DNA of 64,000 nucleotides from Anaeromyxobacter sp. (GCA_049840735.1 JASGJN010000012.1:1-64000), one strand, 5' to 3'; positions 9,808 through 21,052 are shown, counted from the first letter of the stretch. The notes: generated from the sequence alone by a model not told the origin. A program made the numbers and translations.

Positions 9808-12644
9808 GTGCTGGGGACCGCGGGGAGCGACGAGGGGTTGGGGTCGGGCCTGCCGGAAGGGCTGGCGGCGGCGCTGGAGGGCGCGCCGAGCGCCGTGGAG
9901 CTGGCGCGGCGGGTGGTGCGCGCCCTGCGGCTGGCCGCCGGCGCGGACAGCGCGGTGTTCGGCGTCCCCACCGACGACGGCCGTCACCTGGTGCTGACCA
10001 CCGACGGGGCGACCAGCGCCGCCGTGCGCGGGCGGACCACGCTGCCGCTCTCCGGCCCCTACCCCATCGTCCGTGCCATCCGGCGTGGCCAGCCGGTGTT
10101 CGCCGAGAGCCGCGCCGAGGTGCGCGCGGCGCTGCCGGACGGGGCCGACGGCATCGCCGCGCTGGCCTGCCTGCCGGTCGCGACCGCCTCCGGCGTGGCG
10201 GCGGGCTTCGCGCTCGGCTTCTCCGGCGAGCGCGCCTTCGACGGCGCCACCCGCGCCGCGCTGGGCGCGCTGGCCCGCGACATCGGGCGGGCCTTCGACC
10301 GCGCCCGGCTCCACGACGCCGCCGTGCTGGCCCGCACCCGGCTGGTCACGCTCGCCGAGGCCAGCGCGCGCTTCCTCGAGGCTGGCCAGGACGTGGGCCG
10401 ACTGCTGGCCCTGGCCTCGCGGCTGGTCTCCGGCGCCACCGGCGATCCCTGCGCGGTGGGGCTGGCCGCCGGCGGTGGCGCCGCGGCCCGCACCGCCTTC
10501 TTCCACCCCGACCCGGACGCCGCCGTGCTGCTCCGCGCCGCCCTGCGCAACGGCCCACCCCGGGTGCGCTGGGACGCGTGCACGGAGGGCTGCGAGGTGG
10601 GGCCGCGCGGCTGCGGGCTGGGCGCGCTGCGGGAGGGCTCGGACACGCTCTTCGTCCCGGTGGCCGAGCCGGACGCGCTCCGGGCCCACCTCGACCCGGC
10701 GCTGCACCCGCTGCTGGAGCGCTACCCCGTGCACGGGCTGGTGGTGGCGCCGCTGCGCACCGGCGGCCCGGCCTTCGGCGCGCTGGTGGTCTTCCGTCAC
10801 CGGGCCCACGCCCCCATCAGCATGGACGACCGGCTGCTGGTGGAGGGGCTGGCGGACCGCGTCGCGGTGGCGCTGGCCCATGCGCGCCTCACCGCCTCGC
10901 ACGCCGCGGCCCGCGCCCGCGCCGAGCAGGCCGCGGAGCGCACCGCCGAGCTGGCCCGCCGGCAGGCGCTGGTCTCCCGCGCCTCGCGGGCCTTCTCCGA
11001 GGCGCAGGGCGATTCTCGCGCGTGGCGGCGGCGGTGGCGGAGCGGGCCGCCGACGGCCTCGGCGGCGCCGCCGCGGTGCTGCTCCTGTCCCAGGACGGGC
11101 GCCAGCTGGAGCCCCGCGCCCTGCACCACGCCGACCCGGATCGGCTCCGGCGGCTGCGGGCGCTGCTGGCGTGGCCGCTCGCGCCTGGCGAGGGGATTGT
11201 CGGCCGCGCCGTGGCCGAGGGACGCGCGGTGCTGCTCCGCGCGCTGACTCCGGAGGAGTGGCCGGTCGACCCCGATCGGCGGGCGCTGCTGGCCGCCGAT
11301 CCGCCGACCTCGGCCGCGGCCGTCCCCCTGCGCGTGGACGGCCGGGTCCAGGGCGCGCTGGTGGTGGCGCGCCACGAGCCGGCCGGGCCGCTGGGCGACG
11401 ACGACCTGGGCTTCCTGGAGGAGCTGGCCGCCCACGCCAGCCTGGCCATCGCGCACGCGCGCGAGCGCCAGGAGCTGCTGGCCGAGCGGCTGCGGCTCTC
11501 GACCGTGCTGGAGAGCGCCCAGGTGGCCAGCCGCGCCAAGGACGAGTTCCTGGCCATGCTCTCCCACGAGCTGCGCAACCCGCTCTCCCCCATCGTCACC
11601 GCGCTCCACCTGATGCGCCTGCACGCCCCCGAGGCCGCCCCCCACGAGCGGGCCGTGATCGAGCGCCAGGTGACGCACCTGGTGCGGCTGGTGGACGACC
11701 TGCTGGACGTCTCGCGCGTGGTGCGCGGCAAGGTCCGGCTGGTCCGCCGCCCGGTGGCGCTGGCCGACGTGGTGGCCCGGGCGGTGGAGCAGGCCAGCCC
11801 GCTGCTGGAGGAGCGGCGCCACGCGCTCCAGCTGGAGATGGACGAGGGGCTGTGGATGGAGGTGGACGACCACCGCATCGCGCAGGTGATCGCCAACCTC
11901 CTCACCAACGCCGCCAAGTACACCGACCCGGGCGGCCGCATCGTGCTGCGGGCGCGGGCCGAGGGGAGCGAGGTCCGCGTCGCGGTCTCCGACACGGGGA
12001 TCGGCATCTCCCCGGCGCTGCTCCCGCATGTCTTCGATTTGTTCGTGCAGGGTGAGCGGACCCTTGACCGCGCGCCGGGCGGGCTCGGGATCGGGCTCAC
12101 CATCGTGCGCAGCCTGGTGGATCTCCACGGCGGGCGCGTGGCGGTCGAGAGCAACGGCAACGCGCGCGGCAGCACCTTCACCGTCTGGCTGCCCCTGGCC
12201 GGCCGCGCCCCCGCCCCGCCACCGGCGCCGGAGCCCCGCGCGGCCGCGCCGGCCGACAGCGTGAGCGTGCTGGTGGTGGACGACAACGAGGACGCGGCCG
12301 AGCTGCTGGCGGAGGCGCTGCGGGCGCGCGGGCACCGGGCGCAGGTGGCCTACGACGGCCCCTCCGCGCTGGCGCTGTTGGACGAGGTGCAGCCGCGGGT
12401 GGCGCTGCTGGACCTGGGGCTGCCGGTGATGGACGGCTACGAGCTGGCCCGCCGGGTGCGGGGCTGGGCGGGCGATCGCGCCGTGGGGCTGGTGGCGGTG
12501 ACCGGCTACGGGCAGGAGCCCGACCGGCGCGCCTCCGCCCAGGCCGGCTTCGACGTCCACCTGGTGAAGCCGGTGGAGCTGGACACCGTCTGCGCGGCGG
12601 TGGAGCGGCTGGCCCGGACCGGCGCCGGCGAGGAGGCCCGATGA
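9808..12644 (+). CDS. GAF-domain hybrid sensor histidine kinase / response regulator, frameshift at about 11013
   Basis: GAF domains, H-box DEFLAMLSHELRNPL, N/G boxes NLLTNAAKYT, DTGIGI, GGLGIGL, receiver VLVVDDNED...LLDLGLPVMDG; start GTG after AGGAG is approximate. Confidence 0.88.
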
Positions 12645-13657
12645 GGCTCGACCTGGAGGCGCTGCGGCCCCGGCTGCGCGGGGCGGCGCGGAACGTGGTG
12701 GCGCGCCTGCCGCAGCTGGGCGAGCTGCTGCGGGAGCGCGACGCGCTGCGGCTGGAGCGCGACGCGCTGCAGGCGGAGCTGGGCCAGCTGCGCGCCCGCC
12801 CCGGCGACGGCCTGCAGTTCGTCCCGGCCGGCCACTTCTACTCGGCGCTCCCCTCCCTGGCCTGGGTCCGCGAGCACGCCGAGGCGCTCTACGGCCCGCC
12901 GCCGCGCACGCTCCCGGGCGTGGAGCTCCGCGAGGAGGCGCAGCTGGGCCTGCTGGAGCAGCTCCTGCCCTTCTACGCCGACCAGCCCTTCCCGGCCGCC
13001 CGCCACCCCGGGTTCCGGTACTGGTTCGACAACCCGGCCTACGCCTGGAGCGACGGCCTGTTCCTGCAGGCCATGCTCCGCCACCTGCGGCCGCGGCGGG
13101 TGGTCGAGGTCGGCTCCGGGTACTCCTCCTGCCTGACGCTGGACGTGCGGGAGCGGTACCTGGGGGGCGCGGCCGCCGTCGGCTGCACCTTCGTCGAGCC
13201 CTACCCGGCGCTGCTGCAGGAGCTGCTCCGCCCCGGCGACGCGGCGGAGATCACCGTGCTGCCGGTGCCGGTGCAGGAGGCGCCGCTCGCGGTCTTCGAG
13301 GCGCTGGAGCCGAACGACGTGCTGTTCATCGACTCCACCCACGTGGTGAAGCTCGGCAGCGACGTGAACCACCTGGTGTTCGAGGTCCTGCCGCGGCTGC
13401 GGCCGGGGGTGCACGTGCACGTGCACGACATCTTCTTCCCCTTCGAGTACCCGCTGCAGTGGGTGCTGGAGGGGCGGACCTGGACCGAGGGCTACCTGCT
13501 GCGCGCGTTCCTGCAGTTCAACCGCGGCTTCGAGGTGGTGCTCTGCAACACGTTCCTGCAGCACTTTCACCACCCCTGGTTCCAGGCGCACATGCCGCTC
13601 GCGCTGCGCAACCGCGGCGGGCACCTGTGGCTGCGCAGGACCGGGTCGGGCGGCTGA
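12641..13657 (+). CDS. Class I SAM-dependent methyltransferase (Methyltransf_24-like)
   Basis: VVEVGSGYSS motif I, LFIDSTHVVKLGSDV, VHVHDIFFPFEYP; ATGA overlap with kinase. Confidence 0.8.
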   Translation: MRLDLEALRPRLRGAARNVVARLPQLGELLRERDALRLERDALQAELGQLRARPGDGLQFVPAGHFYSALPSLAWVREHAEALYGPPPRTLPGVELREEAQLGLLEQLLPFYADQPFPAARHPGFRYWFDNPAYAWSDGLFLQAMLRHLRPRRVVEVGSGYSSCLTLDVRERYLGGAAAVGCTFVEPYPALLQELLRPGDAAEITVLPVPVQEAPLAVFEALEPNDVLFIDSTHVVKLGSDVNHLVFEVLPRLRPGVHVHVHDIFFPFEYPLQWVLEGRTWTEGYLLRAFLQFNRGFEVVLCNTFLQHFHHPWFQAHMPLALRNRGGHLWLRRTGSGG

Positions 13658-13837
13658 CGGCTCGCGCGTTCACCTCATGTGAACATCCCGCCAGGTGCGG
13701 CGGAGCGCAACGCGGAGATCCGCCCGGGGAGATCGTGTCCCTGGAGTTCACGTCCCCGGAACCTCCGACTGAGCGCTCGCCCACCCGGCGTTACCCTGGA
13801 CTCCACCGCACGACAGTGTGCGTCCTGGGGAGAACAC

Positions 13838-14476
13838 ATGAACGCGATCAAGAGGGGGCTGCTCGCAGCGCTGACGATGGCCGTGCTGGGAGCGGCCCAG
13901 ACGGCCGAGGCCTGCGCCGTGGACGGCCGGATGGTGTGCGCCACCGACGCCAGCATCGGCATTCCGGACGTGCAGGTCTCGGCCACCCTGGTCCAGACCG
14001 GCACCGTGGAAGGCACGGCCACCACCGACGGCGCCGGCGCCTTCTCGTTCCACGTCGGCTTCGCCGGCCATGACTACGTGCTGGCTCCCACAGGCACGCC
14101 GTTCCTCTGCCCGGCGGACGGCAGCGCCGTCCACCTCGGCGACCTCGAGGCCGACGCCGAGGTCTGCACGCCTCCTCCGCCGCCGCCGGTCTGCGAGGTC
14201 ACCTATCCCGCCGGCTACGCGGTCCCGTACTGCCCGGCCCGGCCGCTGGGGAACCCCAAGGCCGAGTGCGAGAAGTTCGGCCTGGTGGTGCTCGACAAGG
14301 ATGACGGGACCACGGGCCGGACCTGGATCGCGTCCCAGACGGCCGCGCTGGCCATCGTGAAGGCCGGCGGCTGCTACCGCGCGGTGGAGGGCGTGACGAA
14401 GGGTGACATCCTGTCCTCGCCCACCACCCAGGGCATCTCGCACGTCACCTACTGCACCTGCCCGCCGGTGGACTGA
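13838..14476 (+). CDS. Secreted Cys-containing hypothetical protein
   Basis: GGAG RBS, signal peptide MNAIKRGLLAALTMAVLGAAQTAEA, ATTDGAGAFSF beta-sandwich-like motif, C-terminal ISHVTYC. Confidence 0.65.
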   Translation: MNAIKRGLLAALTMAVLGAAQTAEACAVDGRMVCATDASIGIPDVQVSATLVQTGTVEGTATTDGAGAFSFHVGFAGHDYVLAPTGTPFLCPADGSAVHLGDLEADAEVCTPPPPPPVCEVTYPAGYAVPYCPARPLGNPKAECEKFGLVVLDKDDGTTGRTWIASQTAALAIVKAGGCYRAVEGVTKGDILSSPTTQGISHVTYCTCPPVD

Positions 14477-14517
14477 ACCCGTCGCGTGGCCTGACGGCAG
14501 CACCCGCAAAAATGAGA

Positions 14518-14545
14518 CGGGCGGTCAGGTTTCCCTGACCGCCCG
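14518..14545 (-). terminator. Rho-independent terminator after tRNA-Ala, possibly bidirectional
   Basis: 12-bp stem CGGGCGGTCAGG / CCTGACCGCCCG with 4-nt loop, followed on the minus strand by TCTCATTTTT. Confidence 0.7.
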
Positions 14546-14553
14546 CTTCACTG

Positions 14554-14626
<73 letters not shown>

Positions 14627-14892
14627 GAACGTGCTGCTTGCTGTCTCCCGCGACCCCTGAGGGCGCCGCGAGGAGGGCAGCTTTTACCCGGGCGGCCGAG
14701 GCGAGTCAAGCGCGTTGTCGCCGGGCCGCCAGCCGGGGTGACACAGGGAGCGGGCGGTCCTCCCGTTCACGCCCCCTGTACTCGGCTGGCGTCACCGCGC
14801 GGCGCTTCTGCCGGGGTCCCGCGGCAGCGGCGGAACGCGGAAAACCCCGCAAGCCTCGGCATTTCCCACGCTGGGCGGGGTGGCGCTCCAGC

Positions 14893-14908
14893 TGGCACCC
14901 GCGTTGCT
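14893..14908 (+). promoter_or_regulatory. Sigma-54 (-24/-12) promoter
   Basis: TGGCAC-CCGCG-TTGCT matches TGGCAC-N5-TTGC, 30 nt upstream of ATG 14939. Confidence 0.7.
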
Positions 14909-14938
14909 ATTGGAGGTCCGCCAGGAAGGGAGTCATCC

Positions 14939-16303
14939 ATGCGCCTCAGCGCCCGCCTGCTGGTCGTCGCCTCGCTCGCCCTACCCATCGCCACCCACGC
15001 CCAGGAGGCGCAGCCGGTGCCGGCGCCGGAGGCGTCCGCGGTCCCTGCGCCGGCGGCGCCTGCTCCCGCAGCTGCGCCGGCCCAGCCTGCGCCGCAACCC
15101 CAGTACGCGGCTCCGGCACCCCAGCAGGCCGCGCCCCAGCCTCAGCCTCAGCCGCAGCCGCAGTACGCCGCTCCGGCCGCCCAGCAGCCCGCGCCGCAGC
15201 AGCAGTACGCCCCGCCGCCACAGCAGCAGTACGCGCCCCCGCCGCAGCAGCCTCAGCCCCAGTACGCCGCTCCGGCCGCCCAGCAGCCCGCGCCGCAGCA
15301 GCAGTATGCCCCGCCGCCGCAGCAGTATGCCCCGCCGCCGCAGCAGCAGTACGCGCCCCCGCCGCAGCAGCCCCAGTACGCCGCTCCGGCTCCTCAGCAA
15401 GCCGCGCCTCCGCAGCAGTACCCGCCACAGCAGTACCCGCAGCAGCAGCAGTACGCGCCGCCGCAGCAGCAGTACGCGGACCCGTCGCGGCCGGCGCCCG
15501 GCCCGTATCCAGCCTCGCCGCCCGAGACCTACCGCCGCCCCACCGGCCAGTACCCGCCGCCTCCCCCGCCGCCGCCGCCGGGCTACGTGCTCAAGCAGGG
15601 CAAGTACGGCTGGTACGCCGTGCCCGCCCCGGGCGCCTCCATCCCGCCGCCCACCACCTACCCGACGCCGGTCTACGTCCCGCCGCCGCCGCCCCCGGCT
15701 CCGATGACGCAGGCCGCGCCGCCCCCGCCGCCGAAGGAGCCCGAGCTCTCCACCCGCCTCGCCTTGACCGGCGCCGGCACCTCCGACCGCTTCATCGGCG
15801 GCCTGGCCCTGTCCCTCGACTCCGACGTCGTCGGCCTGGACGCCAGCATCGACGCGGTGGGCAACGACCTGGTGACCGGGCCCAGCGACGCGGACCACGC
15901 CGATCCGGCCGCCTGGGGCACGCTCCACCTCACCTTCTCCGCCCTCGATCGCGACCGCTCGCGGCTGCGCTTCGAGGTCGGCGGCTCGATGCTCTACCTG
16001 CCCGACACGCCCTTCACGGCCATGCACCCCTGGGCCGGCGACACGCTCTTCGGCCCCGACTTCGGCGTCTCCGGCGAGTTCAAGCTGATCGGCCCGTTCG
16101 GCGTGGAGGGGCACGCCCGCATCACGCCGTACCCGGTGATGGTGACCGACACCGCGGCGTCGCTGTTCCTGCGCACCGGGCCGCTCAGCTTCTCGGCCGG
16201 CTACCGCGACTTCCGGGTCTACGGTGAGAAGACCAACGACGGGAAGGATGCGCCGGCGCTGGCGGCGTACGGGCCGCAGCTGGGCCTGACGCTGGTGTTC
16301 TGA
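14939..16303 (+). CDS. Secreted protein with Pro/Gln/Tyr-rich repeats and probable C-terminal outer-membrane beta-barrel
   Basis: Signal peptide; many QQYAPPP / QPQYAAPA repeats; amphipathic C-terminal strands ending YGPQLGLTLVF. Confidence 0.7.
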   Translation: MRLSARLLVVASLALPIATHAQEAQPVPAPEASAVPAPAAPAPAAAPAQPAPQPQYAAPAPQQAAPQPQPQPQPQYAAPAAQQPAPQQQYAPPPQQQYAPPPQQPQPQYAAPAAQQPAPQQQYAPPPQQYAPPPQQQYAPPPQQPQYAAPAPQQAAPPQQYPPQQYPQQQQYAPPQQQYADPSRPAPGPYPASPPETYRRPTGQYPPPPPPPPPGYVLKQGKYGWYAVPAPGASIPPPTTYPTPVYVPPPPPPAPMTQAAPPPPPKEPELSTRLALTGAGTSDRFIGGLALSLDSDVVGLDASIDAVGNDLVTGPSDADHADPAAWGTLHLTFSALDRDRSRLRFEVGGSMLYLPDTPFTAMHPWAGDTLFGPDFGVSGEFKLIGPFGVEGHARITPYPVMVTDTAASLFLRTGPLSFSAGYRDFRVYGEKTNDGKDAPALAAYGPQLGLTLVF

Positions 16304-16315
16304 GGCCGGTGGTGC

Positions 16316-16491
16316 GGGTGGGGGCCCCGCGCCGTGCGCGGGGGGGACGCTAGCCCCTCCTCGCCGGGTGCCGCGCAAGGGCCCCTTCCTCTGTCTGGCA
16401 GATCTGGGCCCGCAGCGCGGCGGGACCCGGCGCGGCAGGGGTGGGGCCCCAGGAGCTTTGCTCCTGGGGCGGGGACGCCAGTCCCCGTTAC
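16316..16491. repeat. Dispersed about 175-bp palindromic intergenic element, copy 1
   Basis: Reverse complement aligns by eye with 57527-57703; contains hairpin CCCCAGGAGC-TTT-GCTCCTGGGG. Confidence 0.8.
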
Positions 16492-16573
16492 ACCACCGGG
16501 CGGCCCTCAGGGGCCGACCCGCCGTCCGCATTTTCAGGGGCACGCGCGCCCGATCCACCGGGGCGCGACGCCG

Positions 16574-16681
16574 CTACTTCTTCGACGACTTCGAGGCCGC
16601 CTTCTGGCGCTTCTTGCGCGCCTTCCACTGCTGGCGGCGGCGGCTCTTCATGCGGGTGTGCTTGCTCTTCGAGTTGGCCAT
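16574..16681 (-). CDS. 35-aa small basic protein
   Basis: MANSKSKHTRMKSRRRQQWKARKKRQKAASKSSKK; GGAGG RBS; GC3-biased codons; below ORF-track cutoff. Confidence 0.65.
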   Translation of the reverse strand: MANSKSKHTRMKSRRRQQWKARKKRQKAASKSSKK

Positions 16682-16757
16682 CGATTCCTCCGTGTGGGGA
16701 AAGGTCCCCCCGGCAGGCCGGGGGCGGGTCTGTATAGCACGGCCGCCCCTCCTGCCG

Positions 16758-18205
16758 TCACCCCTGCGACGTTCCCTCTCCGGGATCCTCCGGGCGGGCG
16801 ATCGCGGGGCTCGCCGGGGCCGGCAGGAGGCGCACCCTCGGCCGGCCGGGGCGCTGCGCCGTCGTGGCGCGCCTCCACCGAGTCGCTGCGCCCGTCGCTC
16901 CGCTCCACCCGCGTCGTGCCGGGCACCCCTGGCGGGCGGACCGGCACCGCCATCCCCTCGGCCCCCCGGACCGCGGTGGGCCGGGCGCCAGGGCCCGCGG
17001 CGCGAACGCGCGACGGGCCGTCGGGCGGCGGCGGGCGCGGCACCTGGGGCGGCGGCAGCGCCGCCTGCCGGTTGCGCTCGGCCTGCCAGGTGGTGACCAG
17101 GTCCTTCACGTCGGCCAGCGGCAGCGCCTTGCAGACGTTGCCGTTCGCGCCCTCCATGTCCCGCGCCATGCAGAGCGCGTTCAGGATGGCCTCCTCGGTG
17201 GCCTCGATGACCGCCTCGTAGAGCGGGTCCAGGCGCGGGTCGAGGAGGATCTTCATCCGGTAGACCATCTTCCTCGTCTCGCGCGGCACCTGGTTGGCGG
17301 TGGAGAAGGCCAGCATGATCTCACCCGAGCCGTGCATGGCCGAGGAGCCGACCCGCCCCACCCCCAGCGCGGCCCGCTTGGCGAGCCGGTTCGAGCTGGT
17401 GCGTGGCCAGCGGCGCGTCGGTGGCGATGACCGCGATGATGGAGCCGTAGTCCTTGGTGCGCCGCTGCACCTTCCCGTAGCGCGCGTCCAGCACCTCGCC
17501 CACCGGCAGCCCGCCCACCCGCAGCTGGCGCATGACGCCGAAGTTGGACATCACCAGCACGCCCACGGTGTAGCCGCCCATGGCCTCGGGCAGCTTGCGG
17601 CTGGAGGTGCCGATCCCGCCCTTGAAGTCGCAGGTGATCATGCCGGTGCCGCCGCCCACCGCCCCCTCGGCCACCGGCCCGTCGCTGGCGGTCCGCAGCG
17701 CCTCGGCCACGTGCTCGTCCTTCACGTGGCGGCCGGCGATGTCGTTGAGCCAGGAGTCGTCGCACTCGCCCACCAGCGGGATGATGACGTCGTGCTCGTC
17801 GCCGATGCCCGGGTACCGGTCCACCATCCACTTCACCGCGGCGTCGGAGACCGCGCCCACCGAGAGCGTGTTGGTGAGGAAGATGGGCGTCTCCACCAGC
17901 CCCCACTCCAAGAGCTGGGTCATGCCCGAGACCTCGCCGGCCCCGTTGAGCACGAAGCCGCCCCCCACCACCCGCTCCGCGAAGATGTTGGTGGTGTTGG
18001 GCAGGATGGCGGTCACCCCGGTGCGCACCGGCCCCTTGCCCACGCGGAGCGGTCCGGCGGCGCCGCGGATGATGGTCGAGTGGCCCACGCGCACGCCGGC
18101 CACGTCGGTGATGGCGTTCCAGCGGCCCGGCTTGAACCGGCCCAGCGAGATGCCCAGGTCGCGGGCGCGGCAGCGCGCTCCGGCGGCGGTCCCCGTCTCT
18201 GGCAT
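16758..18205 (-). CDS. DmpA / peptidase S58 (P1) family aminopeptidase, frameshift at about 17390; 3' end uncertain
   Basis: NAITDVAGVRVGH, RTGVTAILP, VGECDDSWLNDI, GAVGGGTGM, FKGGIGTSSR; second frame HGSGEIMLAFSTAN...EATEEAILNAL; stop at 16758 assumes a second indel, otherwise 16648. Confidence 0.85.
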
Positions 18206-18310
18206 GGCACAGACTTAGTCCACCGCGGCGGCCGCGCGAAGCACAAACCGGCCCGCCCGGGCGGTTCTGCGCGCGGCGCGCTCGCGCCCCCCGAGCGGGG
18301 CCCGGGTCGC

Positions 18311-20453
18311 TCAGGCGGCGCCCGGCTCGTCGCGGCGCCCGCTCACGGCGGCGTCGCCCGGCTCGCGCCCGCGCTCGCCGTCGCGCTCCCGCTCCGCGGC
18401 GGCCTGCGCCCGGCGGGCCCGCTCGCGCTCGCGCTCCCGCTCCTGGTAGCGCCGGATGGCGAAGGAGAAGGATCTCGCCGATCAGCCCCCGGTACTCGAT
18501 CCCGGCGGCCTGGGCGATCAGCACCAGGTCCGACCACCCCGGCGCCAGCCCTGGGAGCGGGTTGCACTCGATGAAGAAGATCCGCCCCTCGGCGTCCATG
18601 CGGAAGTCGAGCCGGGCCACGTCGCGGCAGCCCAGGGCCGTGAAGCACTCGCGCGCCGCCCGCTCCAGCCGGTCCAGCTCGCGGGGCGCCAGCCGGGCCG
18701 GCACCTCGTAGCGGATCTTGTCGTTCCAGTCCTGCTTCATCTCGAACGAGTAGATGGGCGTGGGATCGCTCGCGTCCAGGAAGACGATTCCCATGGGCGG
18801 AAGGACCCGCGGCCGGCGCTCGCCCAGCAGCCCCACCGTGAACTCGCGGCCGGCCACGTAGCTCTCCGCCAGCGCCGGCTGGCGGTACTTGGAGACGAGC
18901 TCGCGCGCCACCTCGCGCAGCTCGGCCTCGTCGTTCACCACCGACTTGCGGGTGACGCCCTTGGACGTGCCCTCCGCCACCGGCTTCACCATCAGCGGGA
19001 AGGTCAGCTCGCGCGGGAGCCGCTCCTTGCCGGTGTTGAGCACCAGGTAGTCCGGCGTGAGGATGCCGTGGGTGCGGACCATGCGCTTGGCCAGCGCCTT
19101 GTCGAGCGAGACCGAGAGCGCGGCCGGGTCCGAGCCGGTGTAGGGGATGTCGAGCAGCTCCAGCAGCGAGGGGACCTGCGACTCGCGGTTCCGCCCCTTG
19201 AACCCCTCGGCGATGTTGAAGACCACGTCCACCGGCGTGGAGGCCAGCACCAGCGGCAGGTCGGCGGTGGCCTCGAGATCCACCACCTCGTGCCCCCAGC
19301 TGGCGATGGCCTCGCGGATGGCCTGCAGCGTCTTGGGCGAGTCGTACTCCGCCTCGTCGTCCTGCTCGCCGGCGAGGTCGGGCGCGACCCGCTTCACGTT
19401 GAAGGAGAACCCCACCTTGAGCCGCTCGGTCCGGCGCGGGCGGCCCCGGCGGGCGCTCTTGTCCACGATGCCGTGGCGGGCCACCGCGCTCTGGATCACC
19501 GCCGCCAGCACCCCGTCCGCGTGCAGCCCCTCCAGCGCCGCGGCGGCGTAGATGCCGGCGCCGGGCTCGAGCGAGGGGAGCGCGTTGATCTCCAGGAAGT
19601 GGATGGCCCCGTCGTCGCCCAGGCGCAGGTCGATGCGCCCCAGGTCGCGCACGTCGAGGACGCGGTAGACCGTCTCGCAGATGGCCTGGATCCGCTCGGC
19701 CTGCGCCCGCTTCACGCGCGCCGGCGCCCGGACCGAGACGTACCGGTCGAGCTTGGTCTTGAGCTCGTAGTCGTAGATGGCGAAGCGGCGCCCGGCCGCG
19801 GCGGCCTCGTCGATGACGTACTCGACCGGCTGGAGCACGCCGCGCCGGTCCGGGGCGGCTGCCTCCAGGAACGGCACGGTGACGTCGCGCCCCACCACGA
19901 ACTCCTCCACCAGCACGCCGGCCGGGTAGCGGGCGCAGCCGTCGCGCACCACCTCGTGCAGCCGCAGCGGATCCTCCACCACCGAGTCCTGGGTGATGCC
20001 CTTGGACGAGCCCTCGAAGTTGGGCTTCACGATCACCGGGTAGCGGAGCGCGTTGACCTGCAGCTGGGCCGGGTCCTGGACGTACTGCCAGCGCGGCGTG
20101 GGGACCCCGTGCTGCGCCAGGACCAGCTTGGTCAGCTGCTTGTCCAGCGTGAGCGCCAGCGCGTAGGCGTCCGAGCCGGTGTAGGGCATCCCCAGCTCGT
20201 CGAAGAGCGCCGGGAAGAACGCCTCGCGGAAGCGCCCCCGCCGCCCCTCGGCGGTGTTGAAGATCAGGTCCGGCCCGAAGGCCTCCAGCCGCGTGACGGT
20301 GCGGGAGGCCGGCCCGGAGACCTCGATCCGCTCCACCCGGTGCCCGAGCCGCTCGATGGCGCCGGCCAGCGCGTCCACCGTCTCGCGGGTGTCGAACTCG
20401 GCCTCCTCCTCGGAGTCGCTGAGCCGCAGGTTGTGCGTGAGCGCGATGCGCAT
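18311..20453 (-). CDS. Tandem double D-Ala-D-Ala-ligase-like ATP-grasp protein, frameshift at about 18470
   Basis: Two repeats of FNxAEG...PYTGSD...LDK...VKPxxEGSSKG...R.DxR...ExNxLPxL; shifted frame ends ILSFAIRRYQERERE...PGAA. Confidence 0.85.
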
Positions 20454-20498
20454 GTGGACCTCAGCCGGCCGGCGGGGCCGGGTGCGGGGCGGGGAGCG

Positions 20499-21023
20499 TC
20501 ATGCGGCGCGGGCGGAGGAGCCCGGGGGCGCCGGCGCGGCCGGGGCCAGCGGCTCGACCGCGTCGGTCTTGGCCAGCACCTTGCCGTCCACCACCTGCGT
20601 GTCGGCGAAGATGTCTCCCACCCGGATGCCCAGCCGGTCGGTCAGGACGAACCACGTCTCCAGCCCGAGGATGGGCATCCCGGCGAAGAGCAGCACCGGC
20701 CAGAGGACCGGGACCGAGAGGAAGACCACCACCAGCGCGAAGGGGGCGTTGCGTAGCCAGGAGTCGTGCCAGGTGGCCGGCGCGCGGCGCGGGACCACCA
20801 CCGCGCGGACCCCCAGCAGCCGCTTGCCCAGCGACTGGCCGTTCATCAGGCCGTCGGCCGAAAGCAGGTAGAGGGCGGCCAGCAGCGGCCCCACCTGCAC
20901 CGAGGACTTCATGAGGGCGAAGGCCAGGGCGAAGTCCACCGCCCGCGCCAGGCCGCGCAAGGTCAGATTGGCCTTGGGGTAGGGGCTCTCCTCCCGCTTC
21001 GGCTCGCGCGTCCCGTTGCGCAT
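20499..21023 (-). CDS. RDD-family membrane protein
   Basis: RGLARAVD, GQSLGKRLLGVRAV, LRN, RVGDIFADTQVV. Confidence 0.8.
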   Translation of the reverse strand: MRNGTREPKREESPYPKANLTLRGLARAVDFALAFALMKSSVQVGPLLAALYLLSADGLMNGQSLGKRLLGVRAVVVPRRAPATWHDSWLRNAPFALVVVFLSVPVLWPVLLFAGMPILGLETWFVLTDRLGIRVGDIFADTQVVDGKVLAKTDAVEPLAPAAPAPPGSSARAA

Positions 21024-21052
21024 CCGGCTCGCTCCCCTCCCCCGCGCCGGCG

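Noticed and set aside
17253..20453. 1066-aa ORF, and many long Arg/Gly/Pro-rich antisense ORFs across the window
   Set aside because: Read-through after an indel, or shadow frames expected in very GC-rich DNA with few stop codons
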